Below are positions 11,209 to 23,202 of a DNA stretch of 64,000 nt, in pieces (the stretch's first letter is position 1; each line of letters opens with the position of its first letter). A model generated the notes under the pieces. That model did not search any database and was not told the DNA's origin. It saw only the letters and a list, made by a program, of their open reading frames with translations. Source of the DNA: Naegleria gruberi (lineage: Eukaryota); NCBI GenBank assembly GCA_000004985.1, contig GG738899.1; one strand, given 5' to 3'. The translations under genes and the position numbers were made by a program.

Positions 11209-13261
11209 ATGTCAGAAACCATCCACTTTGAATTTATCAACATTCCTGCCTCCGAAAAGGACCCATTCGTCATCAAAATTGGTGGAAATGAAGTTTATTC
11301 GTAAGTTTCCACCACTTTCTTCTAACATTTCCAATAGAGCTACCGAAACCTTGAAGGACACTAAATTTTCCCTCAAAATCTCACCATCCGGTCTATCTGC
11401 CATCCATCGTGAATTTATCAACTTTATAATTCCACAAGCAGACATTGATGAATTAAATCAATATGATTTAACTAATAAGGGATATTATCTGAAAGTTCGT
11501 GTAAAGAATTTGGGAGAATTATCAGTAACTCAGGGAGTGAATGCTGCTATGGATGAAGCTAATGTCATTGTTGATGATCAACGTAAATTCTATGTTGATG
11601 AAAAGACTGGAGAATATACCTAGTAAGTTTAGTTTTATTTCGGATAAAAATAATTTAACACTGGATTAATTACTTGATGATTTTGAAAAATTAGTAAATA
11701 TAACAAACCAGCCTATCTTGCAGATGATTATGAGAAAAGTCCAAAGAATAAGCTTACAAAGGCAGTTCACAATTCAGCAGACTTTGGAACTGATTCCACA
11801 CGTATCTGGCTTCACTTGTCAGGAATTGATGCCTCAGAAGAAGATCCTTTTGAAATCTTGGATGCTGATCAAAATGATAAGAGAATCATGCATACCACTA
11901 AACCAATCTTTAGAAAGAAGGAAATGATGATCTATGTCAAGAAGAATGATCCTCAAGCTAAAACACACATTGCTAATTTGCATATCAAGATTCCAAGTGT
12001 TGGTGTTGATACAGTTAGTGATTTTGATTTGACTACTTTGGGTACCCATATTTTGATTGCTGTTTTGTAAGTATTTAAATTACCATATTTGTTAATATTT
12101 ACAATATATATATGAACAAATACAAATATAAATGAAAAATATAGAAATGAAGGATCCAATGTTGAAATTCAACAAAGAACAAACAAAATGTTCGATGAAA
12201 AATACTTTAATCCAGTTCACTATGCAAATGCTGAACAAGAATACAAACAAAAAAATAGAGAAAAGTCACTTGTAAAATATGATGATGATTCCAATTCTGG
12301 ACCAGTTACTGAAACTCAAATGAGAGCAGGCGATTCTGATTCATTAGATGAAGTGACTCTTTCTTTATATGTTAATAATATTCCAGCTTCCAAAAAGGAA
12401 CCATTTACCATTTATATCAATGGTGATGAATTTTTCAAGAGTGAAGAAGAAATTCCACTCACAAGAACTACTGTATTGAGAGCTTCATTTGAAAAACCAC
12501 CACGTGGTGAGGAATTGGTCATTGAAGCTCGTTTCAATATTGAAGCTCGTGATGTTGACACCAAGCAACAATTTAACATTACCAAAAATGGTACATTCAT
12601 GTTCTTTGGTATCGAAAAAGTTGGAGACAGTGAACGTATCCAAATGAAACAACAACATAATGATACTTTTGGACCAAAATCTGGAGAAACTATGACTAAA
12701 TCAAGTGGTGCTTCTGCTAGCTCAAAGAGTTCAACTGAACAAATTCCAGTTTACTTCCATTTGGCTGGTATTAATGCTACTGAACAAAAACCATTCGAAA
12801 TTTATGTTAATGGTCAACAAATTTACAAGCAAACTCAAGATCTTGGAGATAGAATGGCCATTGTAACTGGAAGATTGCCAAATGTTGATGATTTGAGAGT
12901 TACTGTTAAGGCAGTTTCTCTCCTCGATGGTTTGGAAGAAGAATCTGAAGTTAACGTCTCCAAGTATGGTAATTACATCAAGTTGGAAGTTAGCAGTGAT
13001 CGTTCTGTTATTGACATTACTCAATCAAAGAATGCTGAATTTGACAATGCCACCATTGTTGATTCAAAGAAGATGCCAAAATCCATTCCAAAAGTTACTC
13101 CTTCCACTACCTCAACAACTACAACTGCAAAGCCAGCAGCATCAACAGGAGGAAGTGAAGATTATTTGGATGTTTTGAAAAAGTTGGGTGAATTGAGAAA
13201 GGCAGGTATTTTGACTGAAGAAGAATTCCAAGCAAAGAAGAAACAAGTTCTTGGTTTGTAA
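11209..13261 (+). CDS. four-exon gene encoding a protein with three related 'ASEKxPFxIxIxGxE' modules and a C-terminal SHOCT-like motif
   Basis: Exons 11209-11300, 11338-11622, 11695-12066 and 12145-13261 were deduced from GTAAGT donors (11301, 11623, 12067) and AG acceptors (11337, 11694, 12144), with frame continuity verified across each junction. The C-terminus 'DYLDVLKKLGELRKAGILTEEEFQAKKKQVLGL' fits the SHOCT consensus. Confidence 0.65.
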
Positions 13262-15266
13262 ATAAAGTAGAACCACATTCTTTGGATTTATTTTGCTTTG
13301 CAAATCGACTTGGCAGCTTGTCTGGTAAGGATAACAAGGATGGACACGAGAGAGCTTGTTTGACTTGTGGATCTTCCCTCAAGTGTTTTGGTGCATACAA
13401 GTAGGCAATTGGGGAGTAACTTTCCATACATTTCAATAAGAGATCCTTGTCAGATCTAACTCTTTCCGAAGCATAAATGTAAATGCTACTTTCTGAATTT
13501 TCAATCGCTGTCTTATCATCTCTCATCTTTGATGTAAATAAACGTGGATCAATATTACTCAAATCTGAAGGATATTCTTCTCTCAAAATATCAATTGGTA
13601 CCACTCCATAGTTCAACAAATCTGGATTCGATTTCAAAGCCGTAATCCAGAAAGTATTATCCTTACGAAGCTTACTACTCACTAGAACGCTTGTATATGC
13701 TGATATTTCAAGCAAATGCAACATAAACTCATCATCTTTCAAGTATTCTGCTGGGATGAAATTTTGTACTGCATTGTAATTCATAGCATAGTCAATATCA
13801 TCGTCTTCCATATTTCTCAGTATTTCCAAGATTTGATCCATTGTTAAGTTTAGTCCACTGACATATGCCAAAGCTTTTGGATTTGCTAATATTTTGACAT
13901 CATTCTTGAGAGAATCACCAATAAAAAGAGCACAATTTACATTGATATCAATGCATTCTAACATGAATTCCCTATTATTTCTCAATTCAGGAGAAGCAAT
14001 ACTTAAGAAAATTACATTTCTACGTGAGATTTCCTCAAGAATTACATCTCTATCCTCCAAATATTCATTAGTCTTGTAATTTCTATGGAAGTGTTCATTG
14101 ATAACTTCAACCATGAGTGTTAAATTGTTCAACAATTCTGGCTCTACTGATTCAATATCCAATGTAACCTGTAAGAACCTTAAAATGTCTTCCTTTGTCT
14201 TAATTTTGAAGCCAATTTCACCCAAACCTATAGTATAGACCCAGTGTTTAGCCACTTCTGGATCATTGATGAATTCTGTTTGAACACGATATGGATATAC
14301 TAAATAAGGGTAATGCTTCATTAATTTGATTGTAAACTCTTTATCCTTTCTTAAACTATGATGTAAGAAAAGGTGAGAACTATTGATATTGAACAAATTA
14401 AAGTAAGCATCCTTATCCTTTCTGATTTCTGTAGGAAAAAATGCTGGAATACGTTGAATAAAAGAATCTGGATCAGTTTCGAATAATTGTTTGACTGCTC
14501 CCAATATTTCTGGATCTCTTCTCAATTCAACACTGAGATATGGATAGAAATTAGCATGCACTTTCAAAAACTCGACAAGATCCTTCTTATCTCCTTCTTG
14601 CATAATTTTCACATACTTTTTCATGTTATCTATCATTTCTTCTTCTGGATAAACTTCATTACCAAGTAATGAAATTGGTTTGATTACATGAATTGGAATA
14701 CTCTCAATCCAATCTTTGATATGTCCAATGCATTTCAATGATGGGAACATTGTAGTACCTGTCTTTAAATAAAAGAAACCATTTCTCTTATCTAAAAGTG
14801 TCACTACTGTAGAGTACAAATGTCCTGTCTGAACCATTATCAAATTCTCTTGCCATTGATTTTCACCAAATTCACTGTCCAATAGCAAGGGAAAGGTTGA
14901 ACGTTCAGAGATTGGTGTTTCTACAACAAATTCCCAATCATCAACCGGGGCAATGGTAATTAAATTAGAGAAATGATATCTGCCACTTGCACAATTAGTC
15001 AACCAAACCTTCAAGTGAAATTGCATATTGGTAAAACCAAATTGATTAATTAAATTGGCTAATTGTTCATTGCTGAGTGCAGGAGAATCGTAATCATGGG
15101 CAAGTTCTTGGCAATATTTATGCCATTTGTCAATCAAGTCATTCTTCTCTTCTGTGTGATAAATTGCATCAAAGGTTGTGTTTATCAATCTGCTGTGTGC
15201 TCTGTCTATTGTTGAAAGGAATGGGAAAATCCTAACAACAACTTCTGGGATGTGGAAGATATTCAT
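13119..15266 (-). CDS. hypothetical protein with N-terminal F-box-like motif
   Basis: 715-aa ORF. N-terminus 'IPEVVVRIFPFLSTIDRAHSRLINTTF' is F-box-like. Its 3' end overlaps the 3' end of the convergent gene (13119-13261), so the true stop is uncertain. Confidence 0.55.
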   Translation of the reverse strand: MNIFHIPEVVVRIFPFLSTIDRAHSRLINTTFDAIYHTEEKNDLIDKWHKYCQELAHDYDSPALSNEQLANLINQFGFTNMQFHLKVWLTNCASGRYHFSNLITIAPVDDWEFVVETPISERSTFPLLLDSEFGENQWQENLIMVQTGHLYSTVVTLLDKRNGFFYLKTGTTMFPSLKCIGHIKDWIESIPIHVIKPISLLGNEVYPEEEMIDNMKKYVKIMQEGDKKDLVEFLKVHANFYPYLSVELRRDPEILGAVKQLFETDPDSFIQRIPAFFPTEIRKDKDAYFNLFNINSSHLFLHHSLRKDKEFTIKLMKHYPYLVYPYRVQTEFINDPEVAKHWVYTIGLGEIGFKIKTKEDILRFLQVTLDIESVEPELLNNLTLMVEVINEHFHRNYKTNEYLEDRDVILEEISRRNVIFLSIASPELRNNREFMLECIDINVNCALFIGDSLKNDVKILANPKALAYVSGLNLTMDQILEILRNMEDDDIDYAMNYNAVQNFIPAEYLKDDEFMLHLLEISAYTSVLVSSKLRKDNTFWITALKSNPDLLNYGVVPIDILREEYPSDLSNIDPRLFTSKMRDDKTAIENSESSIYIYASERVRSDKDLLLKCMESYSPIAYLYAPKHLREDPQVKQALSCPSLLSLPDKLPSRFAKQNKSKECGSTLFTNQELVSSLLGILLQSKYLPFSIHPTFSKHPNNLHFLLLMLLALQL

Positions 15267-15459
15267 TTTTTTTCATGAGATGATTATCCCAACAGCAGTC
15301 AAGTTTAAAACCATTTAAATTGTGTAAATTTAATAGGTTACACTTGTCTATTCAAGGTTTCATATGATCTGTTTCTAATTTAGCAATTTACTTGCCATGC
15401 ATGGTCACATCTTATCATCAAATGTAAAAAGCAGTAATTCATGTAGAAATTTAACATTT

Positions 15460-18400
15460 TCAAATTCTCTCCACAATATTCTCAAGCAATTCATAAATCT
15501 TATTGAAAGAAGGCCTCTCTGAAGGATTGTGTTTCCAACATTCTGTCATTAAATTGATGAATAATTGCACGCATTCAATTGTATCATCATTAGTAAAGAG
15601 TTGAGTATTGGTAGTAATCCATTGATTAATCTCATCTCTATTCGAAACATCAAAGGGAAGGAGAGGTCTTTGGCCATTAATAACAAGTGGTGGAACTTTA
15701 AATGTGTTTTTCACATGTTGGAATGGAGTGGCTCTGAAAAACATTTCCCACATAATTATAGCAAATGAATAAACATCAATTTTGCTGGCTTCCTTATTCT
15801 CTATTTGTGTATCAGAAACAAATGTCTCAGGGCTGTAATTAATTGTTACATTATACTAAACTAACACGAAACTTACCTGCAGTATAAGATGGTACCTATT
15901 TGTTTAGTCATATTTGTTTGAACAGTGTTGCTAACGAGTTTCACAAGACCAAAATCTGAAACCTTTGCCTGATTCTTATCGTTTAGCAATACATTGCCAG
16001 GTTTCTAATAAAAAGATGAATAATACTTATAAATTGGAAAACCTACCAAATCTCTGTGAATAATCGCTGGTTTCAGTGAATGTAAATAAATCATGCCATT
16101 AGATATGTGAAGTAAAATTTTTAACACATTTTGGAAGTGTTGGTTTGTGAAATTGGAATATTTCGAATTGGAAATAAATCGATCCAATGCACCATTTTCC
16201 ATGTACTCTGTAACAATATACTTGCTCTTCTCAGTCATACATACTCCGTAAAATATTAACACGTTGGGATGTCTCAATCGACTCAAAACTGCAGCCTCCT
16301 TTTCAAACTCTTCATTGTTAATTGAACCTTCTGAGAAATCATACTTGAGGGATTTGATAGCAACATTAATATTTGACCATGAGCCGAGGAAAACATTAGC
16401 TGAACCACCTTCTCCTATCCTCTTTTCAATAGTGATTTCTTCGATTGGAATAATGAAGGAGTCGTCCTTTTGATATTTGGATGTTTTAGAGTTGCTTTTC
16501 ACTAATGATTGGGAAAGCTCTGTATCGTTAGTGAGAGATCTATACTTGGTACTACCTCCACTCGAACCATTGTCAATACTGGAAGCTTTATCATAGTATT
16601 GCTGTTCTTCTTCAGTAAATTCAAATAGCATTCTCTTGTCAATGAGTTTGTTTTCAATAGCTTGCTCTGCTCTTTCTTTTTTCTTCAATCTGTTTAATTT
16701 TTTGATGATCGTTACCATACAATACATTCCCAATCCAAGTAAAATACCCAGAATGAATAAAAAAAGAGAGGTTCCAATAATAATTGCAACGTATGTTTCT
16801 ACTGGAAATTCAGGAATTTTCTTACATTCAAAATTGAAAACATTAGCCTCTTGGGTCAGTGATTTATCTAATGCTGTTCCACTCTTACAATTTCCTATTT
16901 GAATTGGTAGTTCGATTGTGCTAAATCTATTTTCAATTATGATTCTTGTAGGTACTTTGAAATACTCATCCAAGGTTTCATTTCCAAAAACATTAATAGT
17001 GAATGTAATGTAATTCATATTGTTAGGCTGCTTGTTTGACAGTTTGATATAGGATGAAGATGAATAAAAATCAAAAATCTCATCAGAGAATGGTGCTATA
17101 GTTCCATCCTTGGTTGTTTTTACAATAAATGAAATATTGTATCTCTCTCCAATTAATAATTCATAATTTCCATTCACAATTTTTGGAGTTATTCCAGTGA
17201 ATTCTGCTGAGGATAATCGTAGAGGAATAGTATTATCCATTCCCATTACTGCTACATTTCCATTTAATGTACATCCACTTAAAGTTGGAAGGGTTGCCTG
17301 ATTGAAAAACATTGCCCCTCCACTCAGTCTTGCTGTATTATTTACAAACTGTGAATATTGGAAATTTAATTGATATGAACCAGTTGGAAAATAGATGGCA
17401 CCACCACGATCTGCATAATTTCCAATGAAATTTACGCCATTAAATTCGTATGGAGGAGTAAATTTGGCATCATTTACTGCGGACTCTATTGAAATGGCAC
17501 CACCTCCACAAAAAGCTCCATACCTAGACATTGGATACAAATTACAAGTAACTCTATTATTAATAAACTTGCTTCCCCTGATGAACAAATTAGCTGCCAA
17601 ATATTTCACACGAACAGCTGCTCCACTGAAAGTGGCTAGATTATTATAAAATTCGCAATAATCAATGAACAATCTTTGTACAGACTGAATCGTCACTGCT
17701 GAATCATATGAATTATAAAATTTTGAGTTTGAAAATAAAACTTGAGATCTGTAGCCATTGCCAGAAATGTCGTAAATGTCAAATTGTCTCCTCTGTGAAA
17801 ATTCACAATTTACAACAGAAAGCACCGAGTACGATTCCACGCGTACGTGAGCGAATCTATTATCAAGTTTGATATTTCTCAGTGTGGTATAAACAATTTC
17901 TTTAAAGATTAGAAACGCGCTCACAAGATCTTGAGATGGAATTGCGTTTCCTGTCATTGTAATATTCTCAAATATTGCATTTTGGAAAGAGGTAACAGAG
18001 GAAAATAACTTTCCTGAATAGACTCTAATATCCTTCACTATGATACTAGTTCCAGATTGTGCTAAAATGCTTAAAATAATACCTCCAAACTTTTGCAAAA
18101 CACCTTTGAGCTTAGTACTCTGGTTAATATCAGATGTCTCACAATTAGTAAATGTAACATAATTACAAGCAAATGTATGAACAACACTAAATATAGTTCT
18201 CTCCACATGAACTATACTCGATTCCTGAATATTGACCAGTGTTTTTGCAATACTATCCAAGATTATTACTTCGTCACATAAATAGAAAACAGAGACTAGA
18301 TCCAAGGTTGACCTATTAACTACTACCTTGTTTCTATAATTGACAACAATTGTTTCTGAAAAAAATGAATTTTCTACAATGAAATATCTAGATTTCAAAT

Positions 18401-19172
18401 TGGATTCCACTTGTCCAGGGGTATTGTTATCCATAATTCCTGAACCATTAAAATAACAATTCTCCACCAACACTGAAATGAATAAATCGAAAATAATAAT
18501 ATCATTCAGTACCAAATCGTGTAAATATAATGCTTCAAATCCATATGGAATTAGTAACCCTTTCGAAAATAATGGTAACGTCTGAACACATGTCAGAACA
18601 CTCGAACGTCCATCCAAGTGAGTGATTTCCATGAAGAATCTCACTAGTTCAAATTCTTCCATTTGATACCACTCTAGCCCACATAAAAAGGGTTCATTTC
18701 CAATAACAATAACTTTTAAAAGTACATTTCTCTCCACTGATTTCATATTTAAAAAATCGGAATAATCTCTATATAATGTCTCATTCAATGAATAGAAGAG
18801 TTGAGTAAATGCTACACATGGATTTTCCATAGAATGTCCACAATTCACATTTGTTGAAGAATTACCATTAATACCTCCCAAGTACAAGGTAATATTTACG
18901 GTCATTTCCATGGAAGAATTATTCGTTATCAATGACCAAAAGGCCTCCTTCGGCCTCTCCACAACCAAGGTTGGTTCACCATTACTTGTTGATGAAGAGG
19001 TGGTTGCTGTTGTTGTTGTTTGTATCATCATTGGTTCGTCCATATTCATATTCATATCAAGAGCATGTGAATTTATTGGTGTTGACAGCTGTATCAACAC
19101 CATCATAGCCAAAAGTAAGAGAAGTAATGAAGACCTTTCCAGAGAAGGAAAACGTAAGGGTTGTTCCTGCAT
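15460..19172 (-). CDS. receptor-like protein kinase: signal peptide, ~800-aa ectodomain with parallel beta-helix (PbH1 'GGAI/GGAM') repeats, one TM, and a TKL/tyrosine-kinase-like domain; 3 exons
   Basis: Exons 16037-19172, 15877-16004 and 15460-15832 (minus strand). Donors are GTAGGT and GTAAGT; acceptors TTAG and ACAG; frames verified. Kinase motifs: G-rich loop 'IGEGGSANVF', 'AIK', 'HRDLKPGNVLL', 'DFGL', and C-lobe '...DVYSFAIIMWE'. TM segment 'YVAIIIGTSLFLFILGILLGLGMYCMV'. Confidence 0.8.
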
Positions 19173-19954
19173 TTTTTTGTCGATTGTAGAGCTTTGAAAT
19201 AATAGGAGTGTTGATGACTCCGTTTTAATATGCGGATTACATTACACCAGTTTAGATTAGCAAAGGTTTCCCTCAATCGATACTTTAAAATCGAGAAACA
19301 TTCTAAAACTCTGCTAGCTGCTACTTTTGGAGTTCCGACATTTTTTCATTTTAAAAAAATAAATTTTAATATTTTAATTGATGAACACGAATTACACGCA
19401 TGTAATATGCTCTCATGATATCACAATACACGACAAACAAATTTATCAGTAACAAAGCACATTCTATTGAATCATCGATGATTCCATTACAAAACCAACT
19501 CTTCAACATCTTTCCCTCTAGAAAAGAACTCGATGAACTTCAAACAATGCAAAATTAGCACTCAAGCCTTTCAAAATTTCTCTTCAAAAAAAGAACACCA
19601 ACAAGTGTTGCATCATAATCACCACGTGTTCATCTGTAGCATCATCACCATTGAAAAGCAACCATCAATTTTATTATTGAGGACGAATAGATTTGATCAA
19701 ATATATACATCACGTTATTGTTGTTGTTGATGATTAAAAAAAGGCATTAAGAGTAGTTTTAATAATTATAATAGTAATAATAATAATGGTTATTGATAAG
19801 ATTCCTTGTTTGTATGCATTAAGTAGTGGTTTAACTATTACTCCTTCTTCGGATCAAGATAATTTCATCACCATCATCAAATGGTTCTCTGAGACAAATT
19901 CCACCAGCTAAATTTCCTCTCATCTCAACCTCAGAGGCTGACCAGATTTTACAT

Positions 19955-21258
19955 TTGGCTGAACGATGTAATTTTGCAGTCTTTTCAGGTAACCTTCCTC
20001 GAAATAGCTCCCCTCCAAAGAATATATTTGTCTATGATTTGAACAAGTATGATATTTGTGATATTGTTGCTGGTGAGGATTTTGCAATCTTTGTTAATAG
20101 AGCTGGAAATTGTTATTTATTGGCTGATGGAATAGAGGACAAATCTAAAAAGTGGAAGGTTTGGATGGGATTGGAAGATGTTGAATTGAATGGGAAAGAT
20201 GCTGTTTTGATACCATTTACTGTGGAAGATCCTATTGAGATGGTATTTGCTCATTCGTTTTGTGTACTTGTAAATAGACATGGTCAGGTTTATTACTTTC
20301 CAGAATATGATAATAATAACACCATAGGTAGCCAACCAACTCTTCTTTCAAAATTGAGTATGGATTTGTTTGGAGGAGAGAGGATTGTACATTGTGGACT
20401 TGGAAATGAACATGCCTTGTTTTTGACTGAAAGTGGAAAGGTGTTTGGAAGTGGAGCTAATTGTAAGTAGTTTAAATTTGATTTGATATATTGATTGTGT
20501 TAAAAGCTAGCGGACAATTGGCCAATGCAAAGTGGTATTCTGATCAAAAGTTTGTTCAATTACCAACTGACCATATTCCAGACAAGATTGTAAAGGTTTT
20601 TGCTACTTATAACACCTCATTTGTGCTTACAGAAAATAATGAAGTTTGGAGTTGTGGAGATACTACTTATAATGCCTCTGGTCACAAGGCCAACCAAAAT
20701 AACAAAACAACTGAGCTTGTGAAAATTCCAATAGATGAGAAAATCGTAGATATAGAGCCAGGTCTATTTTTCGTGGCCTTTAAAACAATAGGTGACAAGT
20801 ATCTTGTTTTTGGTTATAACAACTTTTCACAATTTGGAAGATCGGAAACCTTGGCTGAGAGAATTGATGGTCCTCATCCATTAGATACCTTCCCTAATGA
20901 AAATATTCAAAAAATAGTATGTGGAGGTTACAATTCAATAATTATTTCTCAAGATAGAAAATATTATTCAGCTGGATGGACCATCGATGCCCCTTTCTAT
21001 CCATCAAAAGAAAATTTTTACAATCTTATTGACATGCAAAGGTTTTTAGGAATTAGAAGACCATTCACAGATTCATCAGTAGAATTGTGTGCAACTATGG
21101 GACGATACTTCTCAATCTTTTTTTCCAGGGATAGTGCAAGAAGACCTCTCAATTTCAAGAAATCTTTCAAAATTTGTGATATTCTCATCAAGACACAAAA
21201 TGGTGGAGATGTAGTTGGACAAGAAGAATATTCAAACTTTATGTATTCAAGTGATTAA
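19955..21258 (+). CDS. RCC1-repeat (beta-propeller) protein, 2 exons 19955-20462 and 20507-21258
   Basis: GTAAGT donor at 20463 and AAAAG acceptor at 20506 join the two ORFs in frame. Repeated '...HALFLTESGKVFGSGAN', 'VWSCGDTTYNASGH' RCC1-like blades. Confidence 0.65.
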
Positions 21259-21300
21259 TTGTATTTTATGGAACCACTATTACATTGTATTGATAAAGAT

Positions 21301-22779
21301 TTATTCTTCCAATTGGGAAGAATTATATTTGGATTGAGATTCTTTCCACTCCATAAACCAAGATCTATTTGGAAAAGATTTCATGTTATCATTTACAATA
21401 CGTTGAGAAACACCTCTATCATCATTGTTAGAAGTATCTACTGGATGTTTACCTCCATCAGTCAACTTATCCAAGATGAAATTCAATCCCTTGGCCATTG
21501 TTTTACCTCTCATTTTACAAAACTGCCCCACAGTCAAATTTTGTAAAGGTAATTGAAAGTCAGTGTACATGATATTCATGAAACGAGTGGTATTGTCGTT
21601 AACTCTCATCATTATATAATAACACAAGCCATCAATTATTAATGAATTAGGAGGAGGACTCGTAACACCCTTTGGAAATTGAGCACTATGTAGCAATATC
21701 ATATACATGTCAAAACCAGCATCCTTAATGCAAGTGACAGATGATTCAACAAATCTCTTTTTCAATAGTGGAATTTTAGTATCAAAGGTGGTGGTCATAA
21801 TCTTAATTCCATATGGACACGTCATTCCATGGAAATCTTGATTAGGTTCAATATAATCAAGATATTTGAGAGCATTACAAAACATGGGTTCGAAATGTTG
21901 GTGATTGACTGGATTTGTCCACATTCCCCAAACATCTTCTAAATTGTAAGGTAGATCAATAGCTAATTTACAAAGTTTGAATCCTTTCAATTGGTCAGAA
22001 TTGAAAACATAACCAGTTCTTGACGTAGTAACTGTCAAATTATTTTTTTCGTACACAACCTTCCAATCTGGAGTATCCTGAGCAAGTGTGATCCCAAAAT
22101 AAATGTGGTCATCTGTAACGATTGGGGATTTCAAATCGTGAGGTTTGAATCTGAGATCGACTTTGTAACCTTTCGAAATATCAATTCCAATCTTTCTGGT
22201 ATATTCGATTCCCATCTTGTGGAGGAAATAATGAAATTGATCTGAACGAGAGAATTTGGTAAAGTGTCCCATTCCCAAATCCACCAGAATTACCAGAATG
22301 ATTGATCCTAAAAGCTTTCCAGGATGTAGCTCATCCAATATTTCCTGAGAATCGAAACTAAATGTTTCATTGTTAAGCTTCTCACTAGTTTCTTTCCATA
22401 GCTTGAGAGAGGATCGTTGATGAGGGCCAATATTTAATTCTTGTTCTCCTCCAACTTGAAGAAAAGTCTTTACTATTGCATTCATCTTTTCCTGCAGAGA
22501 ATCCAAGTTTCGTCTAACAATCTTTTGTACACTAACTCTACGAGCTACATCAGTTTCCAATTGTTGAGTTTCCTTCAACATCATTAAAGAGAAGTTATCA
22601 GCTGAAATTCCTGCAATCTTCTTATACTCTTCAGTGTATTCAATCACCTTGTTGATGAATAGAATACTTTCCTGGTTGTGATGTTTCTCTAGGAATTGTT
22701 GAAACACTCTTCGAAACTGAGAACATTTGATGGCTTCTTCGAATACAATCTGATAATTTCGAGGATCAAAAGCGTTCAT
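21301..22779 (-). CDS. RGS-domain protein with additional C-terminal domain of unknown type
   Basis: 492-aa ORF. The N-terminal ~120 aa ('FEEAIKCSQFRRVFQQFLEKHHNQESILFINKVIEYTEEYKK') resemble an RGS domain. Confidence 0.5.
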   Translation of the reverse strand: MNAFDPRNYQIVFEEAIKCSQFRRVFQQFLEKHHNQESILFINKVIEYTEEYKKIAGISADNFSLMMLKETQQLETDVARRVSVQKIVRRNLDSLQEKMNAIVKTFLQVGGEQELNIGPHQRSSLKLWKETSEKLNNETFSFDSQEILDELHPGKLLGSIILVILVDLGMGHFTKFSRSDQFHYFLHKMGIEYTRKIGIDISKGYKVDLRFKPHDLKSPIVTDDHIYFGITLAQDTPDWKVVYEKNNLTVTTSRTGYVFNSDQLKGFKLCKLAIDLPYNLEDVWGMWTNPVNHQHFEPMFCNALKYLDYIEPNQDFHGMTCPYGIKIMTTTFDTKIPLLKKRFVESSVTCIKDAGFDMYMILLHSAQFPKGVTSPPPNSLIIDGLCYYIMMRVNDNTTRFMNIMYTDFQLPLQNLTVGQFCKMRGKTMAKGLNFILDKLTDGGKHPVDTSNNDDRGVSQRIVNDNMKSFPNRSWFMEWKESQSKYNSSQLEE

Positions 22780-23202
22780 AGGTGTTTGTTAGTTTTTTTG
22801 TTGGCTTGAAATACATCTGATTGTCCCAATCATACTAATTTGTTAAGAAATATTAGTTTTGGTCATTCGAAATATGTTCAAATTCACCTATTTACCTTCT
22901 TCTCTCCAATCACTAGAAATAAGAACCTTTCGAACAATGAAAAGTTGACATGTTGCAACTGATAATTAATTATCAATTGCCAAACAGACAACTTATTATT
23001 TTCTGACAATTGATACGTTGTTCATTTTGTATTTTTGCATAATTAATTGTTTGATTTCATTTGGATAATCTTGATTACAGTTCTATCTTTTGCCTATTAT
23101 TAATAGTAAATAAGCATTTAAGGAAATAGATATTATTTAGGAGATATATTATCAAGAAGCTCGGTGAAAGGTTAGATTTAAATTTGTGTCTTATTTGGCT
23201 TC

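Noticed and set aside
19955-20010. Candidate 19-nt 'intron' (gtaacc...aatag) at the start of the RCC1-like gene
   Set aside because: It is far too short for a spliceosomal intron, and the read-through frame is open and sensible.
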